Shown piece after piece: positions 10,005 to 18,772 of a stretch of 64,000 nucleotides of DNA. The DNA is from Candidatus Omnitrophota bacterium. GTDB lineage: Bacteria; Omnitrophota; Gorgyraeia; Zapsychrales; Aceulaceae. The stretch spans positions 5,255 through 69,254 of the forward strand of contig JAKQPK010000055.1 of assembly GCA_029564765.1 (NCBI GenBank), in the 5' to 3' direction. Made by a program: the position numbers and the translations under genes. Positions within the stretch are counted from its first letter, which is position 1. Every line of letters starts with the position of its first letter. The notes under the pieces are model-generated. The model was given only the letters and a program-made list of their open reading frames with translations. It was not told the DNA's origin and did not search any database.

Positions 10005-11207
10005 CTAAAGATTTTTTTTGATAAAGAAAGACATGAGTTCTTCTCCGCTGTCAAAAAAGACCTTTGATCTTTCCGCTTCGCTTTCGCAAAAAGAAGAAGA
10101 GTTTGTTTTAGGGACCTTTTTCCCGAACATCACGAAGCATACGGGCTCCTTGGTGTGCGTGCGCTTGATAACAGGCGTGCGGTGGTCCGGCAGGATCAAG
10201 ATACGCACATCATCATGTTTTTTGGCATAATCTAGGATAGGCGCGACAACCTCATTATCGATGCGTTCCGTGCACGCGACCTTCATTTTAAGATCCCCGT
10301 TATGGCTTGCTTCATCTGTCGCTTCGATATGGATAAAAACAAAATCACGATGCGCTAAAGACCTTAACGCGTAGTCTGCCTTACCTCGGTAGTTTGTGTC
10401 ATAGTAGCCTGTCACGCCAGGAACGCTGATCACCTGAAGGCCAGCCAGCTTCCCTATTCCATTCACGAGATCAACGGCAGAGATCACGGAGCCGCTTAAT
10501 TGAAATTTTTCCTGAAATGACGGAAGGCGTGGCTTCTGTCCTTGACCCCAAAGCCAGATCATATTCGCTGGATTCTGGTTATTTGCTTGGCGCGCGAGGT
10601 TTACCGGATGGTCTTTGAGGATCTCCTGGGAGCCGCGCATCATTTTGATGATCTGCTCAGACCCATCCCCAGAAGGTAAAAACGATTTAATATCCTGGTT
10701 GAGAATATCATGAGGAGGCGTGCAGCGCAGTTGAGCTAGTGTTGCGGCCAGAGGTGTTTTGAGGGTTAGTAGATGACGATAGCTTTTTCCAGAATAGAAC
10801 CTGATTGAAGATGTCCCCAGTTTTTCATTCAATGTTGTAATGAGTTTCTCAGCTTCCTGAGAGCTGATGTGTCCTGCGCTATAATCGCTCATGATGTCAT
10901 TGGTAACGGTCACGACGTTACAGCGGAAAACGACCTCGTTATCCGTAAGCGTAATGTTTAAGTTCGCGGCCTCTAAGGGCGCGCGGCCCGAAAAACTTTT
11001 TTGAGGATCATAGCCTAAGGCAGACAGATTGCCAATATCTGAACCCGCGGGTAATCCTTCAGGAATGGTCTGAACAAGTCCGACAGTGCCGTTTTGGGCT
11101 AAGAAATCCATGTGCGGTGTTTTGGCGTATGCCAAGGGCGTTTGGCCGTTCAATTCTTCTACGGGATAATCAGCAACGCCATCCGGGACAATGACAATAT
11201 ATTTCAT
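10005..11207 (-). CDS. apgM: 2,3-bisphosphoglycerate-independent phosphoglycerate mutase, archaeal type
   Basis: 400 aa; N-terminus [15 protein letters not shown]...TPHMDFLA and metalloenzyme core of ApgM-type iPGM. Confidence 0.85.
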   Translation of the reverse strand: MKYIVIVPDGVADYPVEELNGQTPLAYAKTPHMDFLAQNGTVGLVQTIPEGLPAGSDIGNLSALGYDPQKSFSGRAPLEAANLNITLTDNEVVFRCNVVTVTNDIMSDYSAGHISSQEAEKLITTLNEKLGTSSIRFYSGKSYRHLLTLKTPLAATLAQLRCTPPHDILNQDIKSFLPSGDGSEQIIKMMRGSQEILKDHPVNLARQANNQNPANMIWLWGQGQKPRLPSFQEKFQLSGSVISAVDLVNGIGKLAGLQVISVPGVTGYYDTNYRGKADYALRSLAHRDFVFIHIEATDEASHNGDLKMKVACTERIDNEVVAPILDYAKKHDDVRILILPDHRTPVIKRTHTKEPVCFVMFGKKVPKTNSSSFCESEAERSKVFFDSGEELMSFFIKKNL

Positions 11208-11857
11208 ATTTTTTTCTTTAAAAGGTTGATGAGTTGTTGCGCGATCTTGGATCGAGAACCAGCTGGTCGGCTGAGACCAGTTTGTTTATCTAAAAGATAG
11301 CCGCAGTATTTTTGATCCATCAGCTTGTTGGCGAGAACCAGATCGCAATCCGCCTGCGCTATAAGCTGTTGAGCTTTTTTGATCAAGGAGGCCTTGGTGC
11401 TGTGTGTTTGCAATTTAAATCCAACCAAAAAAACGTTCGGATCTATTTTTTTTATGCGGTTGATCAGCTTGGGTGTTGGAACAAGGTCAAGGCGAAGACA
11501 AGAACGACCAGAGGAGATCTTTGTCCGGTAGGCTTTTTTGACCTGGTAATCACAGACAGCCGCCGCGTGGATCACGATGTCGTAGCGCTTTCGGGTTAGT
11601 TCTTGGGTTAGCAAAGCTGAAAGTTGTTGAAAATCAGTAAAGGGGCGTACGCGAACCTTGGGATCGCGAAAAGGATGCGTGACAGGTCCTTGCAGCATCG
11701 TTATCTTCGCACCTTTTTTTGATAGAAGCGCGCAAAGGATGTGCCCTAACTCGCCGGAAGAGGTATTGCTGATAACGCGAACGGGATCGATGCGTGTCCA
11801 TACTGGGCCGCATGTAATAAGGATCTTTTTATTAGTAAAGGACCGATCAGATTCCAA
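11204..11857 (-). CDS. coaB: phosphopantothenate--cysteine ligase (CoaB domain only)
   Basis: 217 aa; [27 protein letters not shown] matches the CoaB nucleotide-binding motif; no CoaC flavoprotein domain. Confidence 0.75.
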   Translation of the reverse strand: MESDRSFTNKKILITCGPVWTRIDPVRVISNTSSGELGHILCALLSKKGAKITMLQGPVTHPFRDPKVRVRPFTDFQQLSALLTQELTRKRYDIVIHAAAVCDYQVKKAYRTKISSGRSCLRLDLVPTPKLINRIKKIDPNVFLVGFKLQTHSTKASLIKKAQQLIAQADCDLVLANKLMDQKYCGYLLDKQTGLSRPAGSRSKIAQQLINLLKKKI

Positions 11858-12896
11858 TTTCTTTTAATATGCTTTGAAGGGTTGGCTCCACAACAACAGG
11901 TTGCGCGATATTATTGATGACAAGATTGGGATCCTTTAAGCCGTGGCCTGTGAGCGTGCAAACAATGCTTCCTTTTTGGCCATGAAAGAAATTAGCATTA
12001 TGAAGCTTGAGAACACCAGCCACAGAGGCTGCGGAAGCCGGCTCTACAAAAACACCTTCTTTTTGAGCCAACAATTTGTAGGCGTCTAAGATCTCTTCAT
12101 CCGTGACTTTGTCAATTAGTCCCTGAGATTCATCGCGGGCCGCTTCTGCTGACTTCCAGCTGGCAGGGTTGCCGATCCGGATCGCCGTCGCGATCGTTTC
12201 AGGCTTATCGATGATGTGGCCGTCAACGATCGGAGCTGATTTTGCTGCTTGAAATCCAAGCATACGCGGCAAGCCAGTCTTTTTGATCTGGTGATATTCT
12301 TTGTATCCTTTCCAATATGCCGTAATGTTGCCAGCATTGCCAACGGGGATCGCGTGAAATGTTGGCGCATGCTGCAGAAAGTCGCAGATCTCAAAAGCAG
12401 CTGTTTTTTGTCCTTCAATGCGAAAGGGATTTAAGGAGTTCACAAGTTCGATCGGATATTTTGAAGTAATGTCCTTGACCAGAGTGAGCGCTTCATCGAA
12501 ATTTCCTCGAATGGCGATCACGTGCGCGCTATGGATCATGGCTTGAGCAAGCTTGCCCAAGGCGATGTTCCCATCTGGGATCAATACAATACACTTCATT
12601 TTAGCGCGCGCCGCGTAAGCGGCAGCTGATGCGGATGTGTTCCCTGTTGATGCGCACATGACCGCGACGGCTTTTTTTTCTGCCGCTTTTGAAATGGCCA
12701 TCGTCATTCCTCGGTCCTTGAAAGATCCTGTGGGGTTTGTGCCTTCATGCTTCAAGTAAACATCAAGACCGATCTTTTGGCTTAGAAAAGGAGCATGAAT
12801 AAACGGCGTATTCCCCTCCCTCAATGTGATGACTGGGGTTTTGTCGGTAACGGGTAAGAAATCACGATACTGAGCGATCAAGCCTTCCCATTTCAT
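11847..12896 (-). CDS. thrC: threonine synthase
   Basis: 349 aa; PLP-lysine motif [11 protein letters not shown]. Confidence 0.9.
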   Translation of the reverse strand: MKWEGLIAQYRDFLPVTDKTPVITLREGNTPFIHAPFLSQKIGLDVYLKHEGTNPTGSFKDRGMTMAISKAAEKKAVAVMCASTGNTSASAAAYAARAKMKCIVLIPDGNIALGKLAQAMIHSAHVIAIRGNFDEALTLVKDITSKYPIELVNSLNPFRIEGQKTAAFEICDFLQHAPTFHAIPVGNAGNITAYWKGYKEYHQIKKTGLPRMLGFQAAKSAPIVDGHIIDKPETIATAIRIGNPASWKSAEAARDESQGLIDKVTDEEILDAYKLLAQKEGVFVEPASAASVAGVLKLHNANFFHGQKGSIVCTLTGHGLKDPNLVINNIAQPVVVEPTLQSILKEIGI

Positions 12897-12897
12897 A

Positions 12898-14193
12898 TTA
12901 GAGGTTCTCCATGCGGATAGCCACAGGCTTGCTGCGGACGACAGACAGATTCGTTATTTTTTCTAAGGCTTGACGAAGCTGATTTTCTTTGGCGCGGTGT
13001 GTCAGCATGACAACAGGAACGGCGAAACGTTTTTTTTGCACTTTTTGGTTTACAGAATCGATGCTGATCCCATGCTTACCAAGAATGCCTGTGATCTTAG
13101 AAAGGACACCAGGCCGGTCGATCGCCATAAAACGAATGTAGAACTGTGTTTCGATCTGACTTATCTTGCGCAGTTTTACTGTGCGATCTTCAAAAGCGAT
13201 GCTGGAGGTGCGTATTTTAGCGATACGGTCCCCTTTTGTCGCGCAGTTGATCAGATCGCTGACAACTCCTGATGCGGCTGTCATCTGGCCTGCGCCTTGG
13301 CCATAGATCAGAATATCGCCGAGGGGATCGGTTTGCAAGAACACGGCATTGAAAACCCCATCGACAGATGCCAAAGGATGATCTTCGTCAATGAGCGTTG
13401 GGTGAACGCGCAGTTCTATACCGCCATCGACGTTCTTAGCGATCGCCAAGAGTTTGATCACAAGGCCGAGCTCTTTTGCATAGCGGATATCGTCGTGGGA
13501 GATCTGAGTGATCCCCTCAACGTGGATCTGCTCAAGGGCTACTGTTTTTCCAAGTGCGATACGGACAAGTACAGCAAGCTTGTGCGCTGCGTCCATGCCA
13601 TTAATATCCAGCGTTGGATTGCTTTCAGCATAGCCACATTTTTGGGCTTTGGCGAGGGCAGCTGAAAAAGTGCATAATGTTTCAGACATTTCACTTAAGA
13701 TAAAATTGGACGTCCCGTTAATGATCCCGTATAAACCTGTGAAACGATTGGAAGATAGGCCTTCAGTGATCGCATTGATGATCGGGACACCCGCGCCAAC
13801 CGTCGTTTCAAAATAAATATTACGTTTCTGGCGAAGGGCGTATTTGAATAATTCTGTGCCGTATTTAGCGATCACAGCTTTATTGGCAGTGACAACATGT
13901 TTTTTTTGTTTTAACGCTTCAAGGATGAATTCTTTGGCTGGATGCAGACCGCCGATCAGCTCAACAACGATCTGGATGCTGGGGTCAAGCAAGATATCGC
14001 TAGCGCGTGTGGTAAATATTTTTTTCTTGAGATTGAGTTTTTGAGCGATCGTCGGATTTTTATCACAGATTTTTTTGACGGCGATCTGGACATTGAACTT
14101 CTTTTGATAAAGTTCACGGTTTTTTTTAAGGATTTTAACAACCCCGCTTCCGACTGTTCCGCATCCGATCAAGCCAATATTGATTTTATTCAT
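12898..14193 (-). CDS. hom: homoserine dehydrogenase
   Basis: 431 aa; N-terminal GxGxxG ([13 protein letters not shown]), catalytic domain and C-terminal ACT domain. Confidence 0.9.
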   Translation of the reverse strand: MNKINIGLIGCGTVGSGVVKILKKNRELYQKKFNVQIAVKKICDKNPTIAQKLNLKKKIFTTRASDILLDPSIQIVVELIGGLHPAKEFILEALKQKKHVVTANKAVIAKYGTELFKYALRQKRNIYFETTVGAGVPIINAITEGLSSNRFTGLYGIINGTSNFILSEMSETLCTFSAALAKAQKCGYAESNPTLDINGMDAAHKLAVLVRIALGKTVALEQIHVEGITQISHDDIRYAKELGLVIKLLAIAKNVDGGIELRVHPTLIDEDHPLASVDGVFNAVFLQTDPLGDILIYGQGAGQMTAASGVVSDLINCATKGDRIAKIRTSSIAFEDRTVKLRKISQIETQFYIRFMAIDRPGVLSKITGILGKHGISIDSVNQKVQKKRFAVPVVMLTHRAKENQLRQALEKITNLSVVRSKPVAIRMENL

Positions 14194-14203
14194 AGGACAT
14201 CCT

Positions 14204-14575
14204 TTAGATCTGGGATTGAGACTTAGACTTGATGAACGCCTGTTCGATCTTTTTTAATATGTCTTCTGCCTCTGGAGTGCTTTCTTCGATGCGGACCCGT
14301 ACTTCATAAATGACGTTAGGGATCTTTTCTTTGCAATCGACAACCGTTGTCAGAACGCTGACTGATTCACCGAGATAAGGTGTTTTGATCATGGTCTGTA
14401 ACTTTGATCCTGGGGTCAAAGCCAGGCTACTTGAAAAACAAAATCCTCCCCGACTGATGTTCTTTAGTTGTGAGATGCTATGGTCGGCATCTGTTTTTCC
14501 GGCTTCATAGAAAGTGACAATAAAATGCTTTTCGATCCGCGGATGCTGACGACGTTCAGACGGAATACTTGCCAT
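14204..14575 (-). CDS. PilZ-domain protein (putative c-di-GMP receptor)
   Basis: RxxxR (RRQHPRI) and D/NxSxxG (NISRGGF) PilZ motifs. Start placed at the internal Met (MASIPSE...), which has an AAAGGAG RBS 6 nt upstream; the longer track ORF would overlap tRNA-Pro. Confidence 0.7.
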   Translation of the reverse strand: MASIPSERRQHPRIEKHFIVTFYEAGKTDADHSISQLKNISRGGFCFSSSLALTPGSKLQTMIKTPYLGESVSVLTTVVDCKEKIPNVIYEVRVRIEESTPEAEDILKKIEQAFIKSKSQSQI

Positions 14576-14598
14576 AACAACTCCTTTGTTTGTTAAAA

Positions 14599-14677
14599 TG
14601 GTCGGAGCGGTGAGATTTGAACTCACGACCACTTGAACCCCATTCAAGTGCGCTAATCCAAGCTGCGCTACGCTCCG
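14599..14677 (-). tRNA. tRNA-Pro (anticodon GGG)
   Basis: Reverse complement folds as a canonical cloverleaf: CGGAGCG acceptor, GCGC D-stem, anticodon loop AUGGGGU, T-arm GTGAG-TTCAAAT-CTCAC, encoded ACCA. Confidence 0.85.
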
Positions 14678-14682
14678 AAAAT

Positions 14683-15684
14683 TTATTCAGGTTTTAACCT
14701 CCGGCACATCAAAGCTGTGACGGCGTTACGGGGATCCTTGCCTTTATAAAGAACGCGAAATACTTCTTCAGTGATCGGCATGGCAATCCGATAGCGACGA
14801 CTTAGTTGATATACGGCCTTGGCCGTTGGTACGCCTTCGGCAACGTTTTTCATGCCTGCTAATATATCTTTTATTTTTTTACCTTGGCCAAGTTTCTCGC
14901 CGACTTGGCGGTTGCGGCTATTAGGGCTAAAGCATGTTGTTGCGAGGTCTCCTAAGCCGCTTAGTCCAAAGAAAGTATGCTTGGTCGCGCCTAACACTTC
15001 TCCTAAGCGTGCCATTTCAGCCAATCCTCTTGAAAGGATCGCGGCTTTCGTGTTAGTCCCAAACCCGAGACCATCGCATACACCGCAGGCGATCGCGATA
15101 ATGTTCTTTATGCTTCCGCCAATCTCTACGCCTATCATATCAGAGTTTGTGTAGATGCGAAAGGCTGGTGAGTTAAAAGTTCGCTGAAGTTTCTTCGCCA
15201 GGTCCGCATTGCGTGAAGCAATGACAGCAGTAGATGGCGATCCTTTCGCGACCTCGATCGCGATCGTTGGACCCGAGAGCACGGCAAGAGGAACAGTTCC
15301 AAGCATTTCATGGATGAGCTGAGACATGCGGGTAAGTTTTTTGCTATCGATCCCCTTAACAACACTCAGGAAAGGTTTTTGAGCGTAATTACATTTCTTG
15401 ATCTCTGAAAGCACCTCGCGGGCATATTGTGAAGGCGTGGCAAAAACGATCAGATCACAATCATTGATCGCTTCATGCAATGTTTGCGTGATGTTTATTG
15501 ACCGAGGTATGGGGATGCCAGCAAGAAATTTTGGATTCTGGCGTGTTCTTTGCATCTGCTGAGCGTAGGGTGCGAAAGCGCTCCACAGCGTTACAGACAA
15601 ACCTTTTTTTGCGAGATGGATGGCGAGGGTCGTTCCCCATCCCCCGTCACCGATGACGGATATATTTTTAAATGATGTTCTCAT
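14683..15684 (-). CDS. gpsA: NAD(P)H-dependent glycerol-3-phosphate dehydrogenase
   Basis: 333 aa; N-terminal Rossmann motif ISVIGDGGWGTTLA and GpsA-like body. Confidence 0.9.
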   Translation of the reverse strand: MRTSFKNISVIGDGGWGTTLAIHLAKKGLSVTLWSAFAPYAQQMQRTRQNPKFLAGIPIPRSINITQTLHEAINDCDLIVFATPSQYAREVLSEIKKCNYAQKPFLSVVKGIDSKKLTRMSQLIHEMLGTVPLAVLSGPTIAIEVAKGSPSTAVIASRNADLAKKLQRTFNSPAFRIYTNSDMIGVEIGGSIKNIIAIACGVCDGLGFGTNTKAAILSRGLAEMARLGEVLGATKHTFFGLSGLGDLATTCFSPNSRNRQVGEKLGQGKKIKDILAGMKNVAEGVPTAKAVYQLSRRYRIAMPITEEVFRVLYKGKDPRNAVTALMCRRLKPE

Positions 15685-15781
15685 AATTATTAATATTTAT
15701 ATTATTATATTCGATGACTTTGACCTTTCAAGGAAAAAGATGGAACCTTTTAGATGAGGCTCAGGGTGCCAAGAAAGTTCG

Positions 15782-16486
15782 TTACCGCCAGATAAAGATC
15801 TCGCGGAAGACCTCGAACATGTAAGCCGCACCCCAGCGCAGAACCTGAAGCTTACGCTCCCCGCCTTCACGCCTTGGCTCATCGCCAGGGATCTCGCTGA
15901 TCTTCAGATTTCTTTTTGCAGCCCGAATGGATAACAGGGGTTCTATCCCGATACGTGTGCGAAAGAGTTGTTCTTCGAATGAGTAGCTTTTGTCTTTATG
16001 AAGGTCTAGGTCGTAAACAAGCTGTGTCCTGTAGGCTCTGAAAATGACCATGGCGTCCGTATAATGTGCATTGTGAAAAAAGTTGATAAAGGTCGTGAAC
16101 AGTTTGTTACCAAATGCAGTTATGGCGTCATCATCGTAGCTCTTTGCTCCTTGTAGATAGCGGGAAACAATGACCATGTCAAAGCCTTCCTTGAGCTTGT
16201 TGATGCACTCCGGGATAAGCTCTGGGATGCTATTTCCGTCAGGGCTGAACGTAAGAACAATGTCCCCTTTAATATAAGGCAGGGCTTCTATATACGCGTG
16301 ACGAATACCTTTTTTTTGTTGGACGAGCACTTCATAGCCTTGGCTTCTGGCATAGTCAGCAGTCCCATCCGTTGACTGGCCATCGACAATGAGGATCTGA
16401 TCATACCATTCTTTTTTGATGCGCGGCATGATGGTCTTCATACCGTCGATCTCGTTGAGAGTTGGGATCAGAAGTGTAATTTTCAT
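15782..16486 (-). CDS. GT2-family polyprenyl-phosphate glycosyltransferase (Dpm1/ArnC-like)
   Basis: 234 aa soluble GT-A: LLIPTLNEIDG ... VDGQSTDGT ... DxD-containing core. Confidence 0.8.
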   Translation of the reverse strand: MKITLLIPTLNEIDGMKTIMPRIKKEWYDQILIVDGQSTDGTADYARSQGYEVLVQQKKGIRHAYIEALPYIKGDIVLTFSPDGNSIPELIPECINKLKEGFDMVIVSRYLQGAKSYDDDAITAFGNKLFTTFINFFHNAHYTDAMVIFRAYRTQLVYDLDLHKDKSYSFEEQLFRTRIGIEPLLSIRAAKRNLKISEIPGDEPRREGGERKLQVLRWGAAYMFEVFREIFIWR

Positions 16487-16507
16487 GAAATTAATGTTGT
16501 CATTTTA

Positions 16508-16581
16508 TGGAGCGAGAGAAGGGAATCGAACCCTCGCTACCAGCTTGGAAGGCTGGAGTTCTACCACTGAACTACTCTCGC
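16508..16581 (-). tRNA. tRNA-Gly (anticodon TCC)
   Basis: RC = GCGAGAGTAGTTCAGTGGTAGAACTCCAGCCTTCCAAGCTGGTAGCGAGGGTTCGATTCCCTTCTCTCGCTCCA; canonical arms; CCA encoded. Confidence 0.9.
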
Positions 16582-16598
16582 GTCGCTTTGTTATACGA

Positions 16599-16685
16599 TG
16601 GTGGGCAGAGAAGGATTCGAACCTCCGTAGCGCGATGCGCAACAGATTTACAGTCTGTCCTCGTTGACCGCTTGAGTATCTGCCC
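16599..16685 (-). tRNA. tRNA-Tyr (anticodon GTA), long variable arm
   Basis: RC = GGGCAGA...CAGACTGTAAATCTG...TGCGCATCGCGCTAC...GGAGGTTCGAATCCTTCTCTGCCCACCA; perfect acceptor stem; CCA encoded. Confidence 0.9.
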
Positions 16686-16707
16686 TTTATACGTGTCAAT
16701 GGAGCTG

Positions 16708-16816
16708 AGGAAATTGGCGCATCGTCTTCTTCTATCTTGGCCTATCGGAAAAGACGATGACCCCCGACACACAGCTCGGAAAACCTTCAAATTTTTAAGC
16801 TGGCGAGAGGCCTCGA
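16708..16816. repeat. copy 1 of a perfect 109-bp tandem direct repeat; contains an orphan 3' fragment (18 nt) of tRNA-Thr
   Basis: Identical to 16848..16956 (AGGAAATTGGCGCATCGTC...GCTGGCGAGAGGCCTCGA); the copies are separated by a 31-bp AT-rich spacer; each unit carries a 9-bp-stem hairpin (CATCGTCTT...AAGACGATG). Confidence 0.9.
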
Positions 16817-16847
16817 CACCAATTTTTCCTTCTTTTATTTAGTTTAG

Positions 16848-16956
16848 AAGGAAATTGGCGCATCGTCTTCTTCTATCTTGGCCTATCGGAAAAGACGATG
16901 ACCCCCGACACACAGCTCGGAAAACCTTCAAATTTTTAAGCTGGCGAGAGGCCTCG
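16848..16956. repeat. copy 2 of the 109-bp tandem direct repeat; its last 18 nt form the genuine 3' end of tRNA-Thr
   Basis: 100% identical to copy 1 by direct comparison. Confidence 0.9.
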
Positions 16957-17011
16957 AACCCCCGACCGGCTGATTACAAGTCAGCTGCTCTACCAACTGA
17001 GCTACGCCAGC
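16939..17011 (-). tRNA. tRNA-Thr (anticodon TGT)
   Basis: RC = GCTGGCGTAGCTCAGTTGGTAGAGCAGCTGACTTGTAATCAGCCGGTCGGGGGTTCGAGGCCTCTCGCCAGC; T-stem has two G:U pairs; CCA not encoded. Confidence 0.8.
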
Positions 17012-17145
17012 GTAGTAATTTCTATTTTACAGAACGGATGTTTATAGCAAATTTTCATACTTGTGTAAAGAAAGATTTTAACAAGAAATCATGGAATTTG
17101 AAAGAATTAATTGCGGGAACTCTTCTTCTTTGATAGGATTTCTCC

Positions 17146-18666
17146 ATGCCTGAACAAGTCCTTAAGTTTATCCAGCGTAGGGCCTATGCGATCACCTGCT
17201 CACTTCTTTTTTTAGCAGCTGTTATTGTCCGTATTTTGGCCGCCAGAGGCGATTTTGCGATGGATGAGATCTGGTCGCTACGCCTTGCCACAGAGAATGC
17301 TCAGCACATAACGGATATCATCTTTAAGATCAAGCATGACAACAATCATATATTGAATTCGGTCTGGATGTATGTCTTGGGGCCGCAGCAGATTTGGCAG
17401 CTGTATCGTATCCCGGCTGTGATCGGCGGAAGTCTTTGTGTTCTGTTTTCGTTTTTGATCGCTCGCCGACAAAGCCGTGCGCAAGGCATTGCAGCGTTGA
17501 TCCTTACAGGTTTTTGTTTTCCGCTTGTCTTTTATTCTTCGGAGGCACGCGGCTATGGACCCATGCTGGGCTTTGCCATGATCTCTTTTTATGCCATGAC
17601 ACGATTGATTGACGAGAGCAATCCTAGAGTGTTGCTGCGCCATGCCATTCTTTTTTGGAGTGCCGTTGTTCTTGGCCTCTTGTCACATTTAATTTTTATC
17701 TATATTTACATTGGGTTTGTCACCTGGTCATTGCAAGAATTCTTTACTCAAAAAGATAAATCGAGGATTGATCAAGCTAAAAGTTTTATTTATGTTCACA
17801 GTGTCCCGATAATCGCCGCAATCTTTCTTTATCACTTTTTTGTAAAGAGCATAACAGTTGGAGGTGGCCCAAACGATAGCTTTCTTTTTATCTTTTTTCA
17901 GATCTTAATAGTGACATTTGGTTTCCGTGGCCTTGAGCAGCACGCTTTTGTTCTTTGTTCCGCTGTTTTTGTTTCCTTCTTGATCTTGCTTTGGTTCATT
18001 CGGAAAGCGTATGGCAATGTTTGGATATTCTTTACGATGGGCATCCTCATCGCCCCAGCCCTTGTTCTCATCCTTTTCCCTTTTCCGCACATGAGCATGC
18101 GGTATTTCATTCCGAGCCTTTTGTTTTTTATGTATACCTTATCTTATTTTATTGATTTTTTGTGGGAAAGATCCTTAATGGGTAAAATAATAGCTTCTGC
18201 CATCCTTTTATTGTTTCTTTTTGGCCAGACAACGTATTTACCTAACTTTTTAAAATATGGGCGTGGACGTTTTGAGGAAGCCATTCGCTATATCTCCACT
18301 CTATCAAATGGAAAACCAATCAAAATCTCAAGCGATTCGGATTTTCGTACTGATTTAGTTCTTGATTTTTATAAAGAACGAATAAAAAATTCAGAAAACC
18401 TTGATCATGTAGCTTTCTTCTCCATTAAGGACGAAAAAGATCTGCCTGATATTTTTTTGATCCATTTTTTCAGATGCGCGCCGTGGGATACGGGGTGTCT
18501 GCCGCACGATGTGAATGAAGACACAACGATCACGCTTTCATTTAATGGCAGACACTGTCAGTTTTCTTATTTGAAGTCCTTTCCATGGCATGGCATATTG
18601 TCTGGATGTTCTTGGATCATATTAAAACGCGAAGGGGCTGTTTTCTTTAGTGAACCTATCTCATAA
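17146..18666 (+). CDS. GT-C-fold membrane glycosyltransferase (ArnT/PMT-like, GT39/GT83-like)
   Basis: 506 aa with about 11-13 TM helices; conserved D-E dipeptide in the first extracytoplasmic loop (GDFAMDEIWSLR), as in polyprenyl-phosphate-sugar-dependent GT-C enzymes; AGGA RBS. Confidence 0.65.
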   Translation: MPEQVLKFIQRRAYAITCSLLFLAAVIVRILAARGDFAMDEIWSLRLATENAQHITDIIFKIKHDNNHILNSVWMYVLGPQQIWQLYRIPAVIGGSLCVLFSFLIARRQSRAQGIAALILTGFCFPLVFYSSEARGYGPMLGFAMISFYAMTRLIDESNPRVLLRHAILFWSAVVLGLLSHLIFIYIYIGFVTWSLQEFFTQKDKSRIDQAKSFIYVHSVPIIAAIFLYHFFVKSITVGGGPNDSFLFIFFQILIVTFGFRGLEQHAFVLCSAVFVSFLILLWFIRKAYGNVWIFFTMGILIAPALVLILFPFPHMSMRYFIPSLLFFMYTLSYFIDFLWERSLMGKIIASAILLLFLFGQTTYLPNFLKYGRGRFEEAIRYISTLSNGKPIKISSDSDFRTDLVLDFYKERIKNSENLDHVAFFSIKDEKDLPDIFLIHFFRCAPWDTGCLPHDVNEDTTITLSFNGRHCQFSYLKSFPWHGILSGCSWIILKREGAVFFSEPIS

Positions 18667-18772
18667 AATAAATAGTTTGTTCGTTTAGGATTTGATTTTC
18701 TTATAGGGTTATGATACTCTATTTTTTATTTTGCTTTTAGAAACAATCATGCAACTTAACAAAGGAGAAGTC

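Noticed and set aside
16708-16956. Interpretation of the tRNA-Thr-associated direct repeats as attL/attR of an integrated genomic island
   Set aside because: Only 31 bp separate the copies, the identity extends about 90 bp beyond the tRNA, and there is no integrase, excisionase or cargo nearby. Tandem duplication or a scar is more parsimonious; kept as a finding but not called a mobile element.
16507-17133. Two nearly identical plus-strand ORFs (16507..16842 and 16855..17133, both containing MAHRLLLSWPIGKDDDPRHTARKTFKFLSWREAS)
   Set aside because: They run antisense through tRNA-Gly, tRNA-Tyr and tRNA-Thr and owe their identity to the 109-bp tandem DNA repeat; no RBS, no coding-like composition. 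Artefacts of the repeat, not genes.
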